64,000 nucleotides of DNA from positions 205,222 to 269,221 of the forward strand of contig CAVYYZ010000003.1 of assembly GCA_963772835.1 (NCBI GenBank). Reading direction: 5' to 3'. How positions within the stretch are numbered: the first letter of the stretch is position 1; every line of letters begins with the position of its first letter. Position numbers and translations under genes: made by a program. Source of the stretch: an uncultured delta proteobacterium. GTDB taxonomy: Bacteria > Desulfobacterota > Desulfuromonadia > Geobacterales > Pseudopelobacteraceae. Below are positions 59,698 through 64,000 of this stretch, piece after piece. The notes under the pieces were generated by a model that did no database searches, had not been told where the DNA came from, and worked only from the letters and a program-made list of their open reading frames with translations.

Positions 59698-60261
59698 ATG
59701 TACTCCGTTGCTGATTTGAAAAAAGGTTTGAAAATAACATTGGATGGTGACCCGTATCTTGTTGTGGCTTTCGATTTTGTCAAACCGGGCAAAGGTCAGG
59801 CTTTATACCGCACAAAAATGCGAAATATGATAAATGGCACCTTACTTGATAGAACGTACCGATCAGGCGAAACGTTTGAACCAGCCAGTCTTGAAGAGCG
59901 TCAGATGGAGTATCTCTATAAAGAAGGCGACCACTACACCTTTATGGACCAGCAGACCTATGAGCAGGTCGTAATGGAAGAAGAAACTCTCGGAGAAGCA
60001 AAAAACTATCTGCTTGAAAACCTGAAAGTAGAAGTTATGCTCTTTGGAGAAAAGGCCATTGGAATATCTCTTCCGAATTTTGTAAATCTTCGCGTTACAG
60101 GTACTGAACAGTGGGCTAAAGGTGACACAAGCGGCAATGATTCCAAGCCGGCAACGGTAGAAACCGGCTACGTCCTGCGAGTACCACCCTTCATTGAAGA
60201 AGGTGAATTGATTGTTATTGATACCCGCAACGGCGAGTATTCGACTCGCGTCAAGGGCTAA
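59698..60261 (+). CDS. efp: Elongation factor P
   Basis: KPGKG loop (Lys type); KPATVETG..VPPFI. Confidence 0.97.
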   Translation: MYSVADLKKGLKITLDGDPYLVVAFDFVKPGKGQALYRTKMRNMINGTLLDRTYRSGETFEPASLEERQMEYLYKEGDHYTFMDQQTYEQVVMEEETLGEAKNYLLENLKVEVMLFGEKAIGISLPNFVNLRVTGTEQWAKGDTSGNDSKPATVETGYVLRVPPFIEEGELIVIDTRNGEYSTRVKG

Positions 60262-60266
60262 AAACC

Positions 60267-61175
60267 ATGAAAATAGACGCCCTGAGGTTGCGGGCGAATG
60301 TGATCAAAGCCATACGTGATTTTTTCTGGGATCGGGGGTTTCTTGAAGTTGAAACCCCTCTTCTTATTCCTGCCAACGCTCCCGAAGAACATATCAATCC
60401 GGTTGTTACCCTCCCCTCCTGGCAGCTTCAGACTTCACCCGAGATTTGTATGAAGCGTCTCCTCTGTGAAGGCCATCAGTTGCTATTCCAAATTTCACGT
60501 TGTTGGCGTTCAGGCGAAAGAGGTACTCGTCATCTGTCCGAGTTTACCATGCTTGAATGGTATCGGTCTGGATGTGATTATCAGGCTCTTATGATCGATT
60601 GTGAAGAGCTGTTGAAGTATGTAGCCACGGTCTGTTTACCTGAAGGTCACTGTTTCACGCACAATACGAAGAAAATAAATCCATTTCTCCCATGGCGTCG
60701 TATGAGCGTCCAGGAAGCGTTTTTACGTTATGCCCATGTCGATGCATGGGAATGTCTTAGAAATGGTCTTTACGAGGAAATACTGACGTCGGTTGTCGAA
60801 CCGGCTCTGGCCGTATATGATTCTCCGGTAATTCTCCTTGATTATCCCACTGAGTTGGCCGCACTGGCACGCGTTAAGCCTGAACATCTTGATATTGCAG
60901 AACGTTTTGAATTGTATGCCGGAGGCTTGGAGCTGGCAAATGGTTTCAGCGAACTCAATGAACCGATCGAACAACGGCGGCGTTTTGAGGAGTCAAATTA
61001 TGCCCGGAGCAAAAGCGGCCAAGTCGTTTTACCTCTGCCGGAGCCTTTTCTTAATGCACTTGCATCGATGCCGTCCTCTGCCGGAATAGCTCTCGGAGTT
61101 GACCGACTGGTGATGCTGACAACTGGTCGCAATTCCATAGATGACGTTGTCGCATTTACTCCGGAAGACCTTTGA
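60267..61175 (+). CDS. epmA: EF-P lysine aminoacylase (GenX/PoxA)
   Basis: LEVETP, LQTSPE..MKRL, EFTMLEWY, ERFELY..ELANGF.EL and ALGVDRL; no anticodon domain; adjacent to efp. Confidence 0.95.
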   Translation: MKIDALRLRANVIKAIRDFFWDRGFLEVETPLLIPANAPEEHINPVVTLPSWQLQTSPEICMKRLLCEGHQLLFQISRCWRSGERGTRHLSEFTMLEWYRSGCDYQALMIDCEELLKYVATVCLPEGHCFTHNTKKINPFLPWRRMSVQEAFLRYAHVDAWECLRNGLYEEILTSVVEPALAVYDSPVILLDYPTELAALARVKPEHLDIAERFELYAGGLELANGFSELNEPIEQRRRFEESNYARSKSGQVVLPLPEPFLNALASMPSSAGIALGVDRLVMLTTGRNSIDDVVAFTPEDL

Positions 61176-61245
61176 GCGTTTACCTCTTTTTTTCAAAGAT
61201 CTGATAATCGACATCTGTTTTATGTCCAGATTTTTAGCTCACTCA

Positions 61246-62292
61246 TTAATGACACGAGATATCTTCAATGTCTTCATAATGCACCATCTCACCTGTGTAC
61301 GTGCGAAGTACTAATGTCGTTCCACGCATTTCAACTTCGTCAGGAAGAATTGCAACCTTACCTTTACCTCCAGCCAGATCAATGACGTAATGCGGTACTG
61401 CTATTCCTGATATATGGCCGCGCAGTCCCCTTATAATGTTCAGCCCCTTACGTACAGACGTTCTGAAGTGAGCAGTGCCCTGAACAAGATCCATCTGATG
61501 CAGATAATACGGTTTAACCCGAATGGAAAGTAATCCTGTCATGAGATTCCTCATGGTTTCTATTGAATCATTAACTCCTTTGAGAAGCACAGTCTGATTA
61601 CCAAGCGGTATGCCTGCATCAGCCAGCAAAGCACATGCCGTAGCTGCCTCATCGGTTATTTCATCTGGGTGGTTAAAGTGAGTGTTAATGAAAAGAGGAT
61701 GATATTTTTTAAGCATATTACATAGTTCAGGGGTTATCCGGGCAGGAAGCGTAACTGGAATTCGAGATCCGATACGGATGACTGACACATGGGAAATGGC
61801 ACGAAGACGCCCCAGAATATACGACAATGACTCGTCGTTAAGCATCAGTGGATCGCCACCAGATAAAATTACATCATGAACTGATGGATGTGTTTCTATA
61901 TACTTTAAAGCTGCTTGTAGCTCATCTTCTCCCATGGGGGCATCGCCATTTCCAACAAGGCGTTTTCGCATGCAAAAACGGCAGTAGACCGGGCAACGAT
62001 TTGAAACCAGCATGACAACCCTGTCAGGATAACGGTGAATAAGTCCCGGGACCGGACTTAATGCATTTTCGTTCAAAGGATCCGGACATTGGGAATAATC
62101 TTCCAGTTCTCGTATATCCGGCATGCACTGTTTCCAGATGGCATCGTCAGGGTGTTTGATAAGACCGGCATAATAGTCTGTTACCCGGACAGGATACTGT
62201 GCTGACACAAGTGTAAAGCTGTCATTATCTACAGTATTTACTCTGCTATTACAGATAGATGTATTATTAAAGGCAAAGTAATTTATAAGCAT
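61246..62292 (-). CDS. epmB: KamA family radical SAM enzyme (lysine 2,3-aminomutase, EF-P modification)
   Basis: HRYPDR, CPVYCRFC, SGGDPL and NQTVLLKGVND; convergent with epmA. Confidence 0.88.
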   Translation of the reverse strand: MLINYFAFNNTSICNSRVNTVDNDSFTLVSAQYPVRVTDYYAGLIKHPDDAIWKQCMPDIRELEDYSQCPDPLNENALSPVPGLIHRYPDRVVMLVSNRCPVYCRFCMRKRLVGNGDAPMGEDELQAALKYIETHPSVHDVILSGGDPLMLNDESLSYILGRLRAISHVSVIRIGSRIPVTLPARITPELCNMLKKYHPLFINTHFNHPDEITDEAATACALLADAGIPLGNQTVLLKGVNDSIETMRNLMTGLLSIRVKPYYLHQMDLVQGTAHFRTSVRKGLNIIRGLRGHISGIAVPHYVIDLAGGKGKVAILPDEVEMRGTTLVLRTYTGEMVHYEDIEDISCH

Positions 62293-62423
62293 ATAACCTA
62301 CCCGATTTTAAAGTGCTTATCCGGGACTGCATGCGGATGTATTTGATTTATCTTGAAAATACCCAGCTTTTATGAAATATTTAGCACCTAAATAAACTTT
62401 ATTCAAAGCAAAACAATTTAATA

Positions 62424-63028
62424 ATCCTGGCCGATTCGCGCGGGCTGATCGTCGCCGCGCCGCACATGGGCAACTGGGAACTGCTGAACCAGTGGCTGGC
62501 GATGAAGACGCCGCTGGCGATCCTGTACCGGCCGCCGGAATCGGCGGTCGGCGAGGCCTTCCTGCGCCGGGTGCGCGCCAATGCCGGCGGCGAGGTCGAG
62601 CAGGTCCGCGCCGAAGCCGCCGGCGTGCGCACCCTGCTCAAGCGCCTGCAGAAGGGCGGCGTGGTCGGCATCCTGCCGGACCAGCAACCGAAGGCCGGCG
62701 ACGGCGAATTCGCGCCGTTCTTCGGCAAGCCGGCGCTGACCATGACCCTGCTCGGCCGGCTCGCCGCGCGCAGCGGCGCGCGCGTGCTGTTCGCCTGGTG
62801 CGAACGGCTGCCGGGCACCTCGCCGCCGCGCTTCGCCCTGCACGTCGCAGGCCGCGCCCGAGGCGATCGGCGATGCCGATCCGCGAACGGCGGTGGCCGC
62901 CCTCAATGCCGGCGGTCGAGGCGATCGCGCGGCGTGACTTCGCGCAGTACCAATGGACCTACAAGCGCTATACGCTGCGCCCGCCCGGCAGCGGCGAAGC
63001 CAATCCCTACCTGGACCTGTATCGATGA
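62424..63028 (+). CDS. Lipid A lauroyl/palmitoleoyl acyltransferase (LpxL/HtrB family), 5'-truncated and frameshifted
   Basis: GLIVAAPHMGNWE, GILPDQ and APFFG; QYQWTYKRY in another frame after about 62850. Confidence 0.8.
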
Positions 63029-63546
63029 GCGACGCCGACGACGCCACGCCCTCGGACCAGCGCCGACCGGCACCGGCATGGCGCCACCGCCGCGCGCGCG
63101 GTGCGCCTGCATGCCGCGACCACCGCCACTCTGGTTCGCCGCGATCCCGCTGCTGGCGTTCGCGATCCCGCTGTTCGCCGCCGATGGCGCGGATTCGCCG
63201 CGCATGCTGGCGTGGTTCGTCGGCGTCGACCCTGCTGGCGGCGCTGGCGGGCGCCTATGTCGGCGCGCGCCTGCGCCACCAGCGCTGGACGCTCGACGGC
63301 GACGGCCTGTGGCTGCGCCAGGGCCGCCTGTGGTGGCGCGAGACGCGGGTGCCGACCAGCCGCGTGCAGCACGTCGACATCAAGCACGGCCCGCTGGAAC
63401 GGCGCTTCGGGCTGGCCACGCTGGTGGTGCACACCGCCGCCGTGCAGCTGAGCGGGATCACCGTGCGTGGCCTGGACGATGCCGATGCCCAGCACCTGCG
63501 CGACACCCTGGCCAAGCAGCTCGACGATGCCGGCGATGCGCTGTAG
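63025..63546 (+). CDS. Bacterial PH-domain membrane protein (YdbS-like), with internal indels
   Basis: RVQHVDIKHGPLERRFGLATLVVHTA bPH_2 motif. Confidence 0.8.
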   Translation: MSDADDATPSDQRRPAPAWRHRRARGAPACRDHRHSGSPRSRCWRSRSRCSPPMARIRRACWRGSSASTLLAALAGAYVGARLRHQRWTLDGDGLWLRQGRLWWRETRVPTSRVQHVDIKHGPLERRFGLATLVVHTAAVQLSGITVRGLDDADAQHLRDTLAKQLDDAGDAL

Positions 63547-63549
63547 TCG

Positions 63550-64000
63550 ATGAACGACCAGGCCACCGAGACCGTCGACACCACCGCGCTGCCGCAGGAC
63601 GGGCAGGAACATCGCCTGCATCCGCTGTCGTGGCTGTTCGTGCTGCTGGCGCAGCTCAAGCAGTTCATCCTGCCGCTGGTGGTCCTGCTGTTCGCCGGCC
63701 GCGGCGATCGCAATGACCTGTGGGGCTGATCGCGGTCGGCGTGCTGGTGGTGCTCTCGCTGGCCCAGTACTTCACCTATCGCTATCGCCTGCGCGGCGAC
63801 GCCATCGTCGTGCGCAGCGGCTGGCTGCACCGCAGCGTGCGCGAGATCCCGTACGCGCGCATCCACAACGTCAACCTGCACCAGTCGCTGCTGCATCGCC
63901 TGTTCGGCGTCGCCGAGGTGCGGCTGGAATCGGCCGGCGGGATCAAGCCGGAAGCGCAGATGCGGGTGCTGCGCCTGGACCAGGCCGAAGCCCTGGAAGC
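63550..64000 (+). CDS. Bacterial PH-domain membrane protein (YdbT-like), frameshifted and 3'-truncated
   Basis: HRLHPLSW start; after a frame change near 63727, YFTYRY..SGWL..IPYARIHNVNLHQSLLHRLFGVAEVRLESAGG. Confidence 0.78.

Noticed and set aside
55531..62292. phasin-ubiB pair, lone amrS and the efp-epmA-epmB cluster as novel systems
   Set aside because: These are familiar conserved arrangements and are listed as features only.
62466..63716. 416-aa ORF as a single fusion protein
   Set aside because: It arises from frameshifts running through lpxL-like and ydbS-like genes in GC-rich, stop-poor DNA.

Overview
Positions 1 to ~62,420 look like a Geobacteraceae/Desulfuromonadia chromosome; this is inferred from a Geobacter-type GEMM-Ib riboswitch, a GSU3473-type gene and sigma54 boxes. 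A probable dif site at 59,273 places the region near the replication terminus. The first ~42 kb is a surface/matrix locus with four parts: three secreted DUF4082/Ig-module proteins with catalytic-looking cores; a polysaccharide synthesis and modification cluster (GT2/GT4, DegT-like, O-antigen ligase-like, methyltransferase, deacetylase, ATP-grasp, AsnB, radical SAM, nucleotidyltransferase) interrupted by an IS3 element; a cyclic-dinucleotide riboswitch with its own terminator ahead of a secreted lyase/lectin-like gene; and a 1671-aa protein with three cytoplasmic MshEN c-di-GMP-binding domains joined through one signal-like helix to an extracellular FN3/Ig/DUF4082 repeat array. That last protein is the best candidate for an undescribed system. 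The remainder holds two sensor kinases, a STAS-transglycosylase-STAS trio, csp, a group 3b [NiFe] hydrogenase operon, phasin-ubiB-like, amrS, infA-efp-epmA and epmB/kamA. The last ~1.6 kb switches abruptly to very GC-rich sequence starting mid-gene, most likely a contig join or chimera. Scattered single-base frameshifts suggest consensus errors. All family calls come from motif recognition by eye, not database searches.
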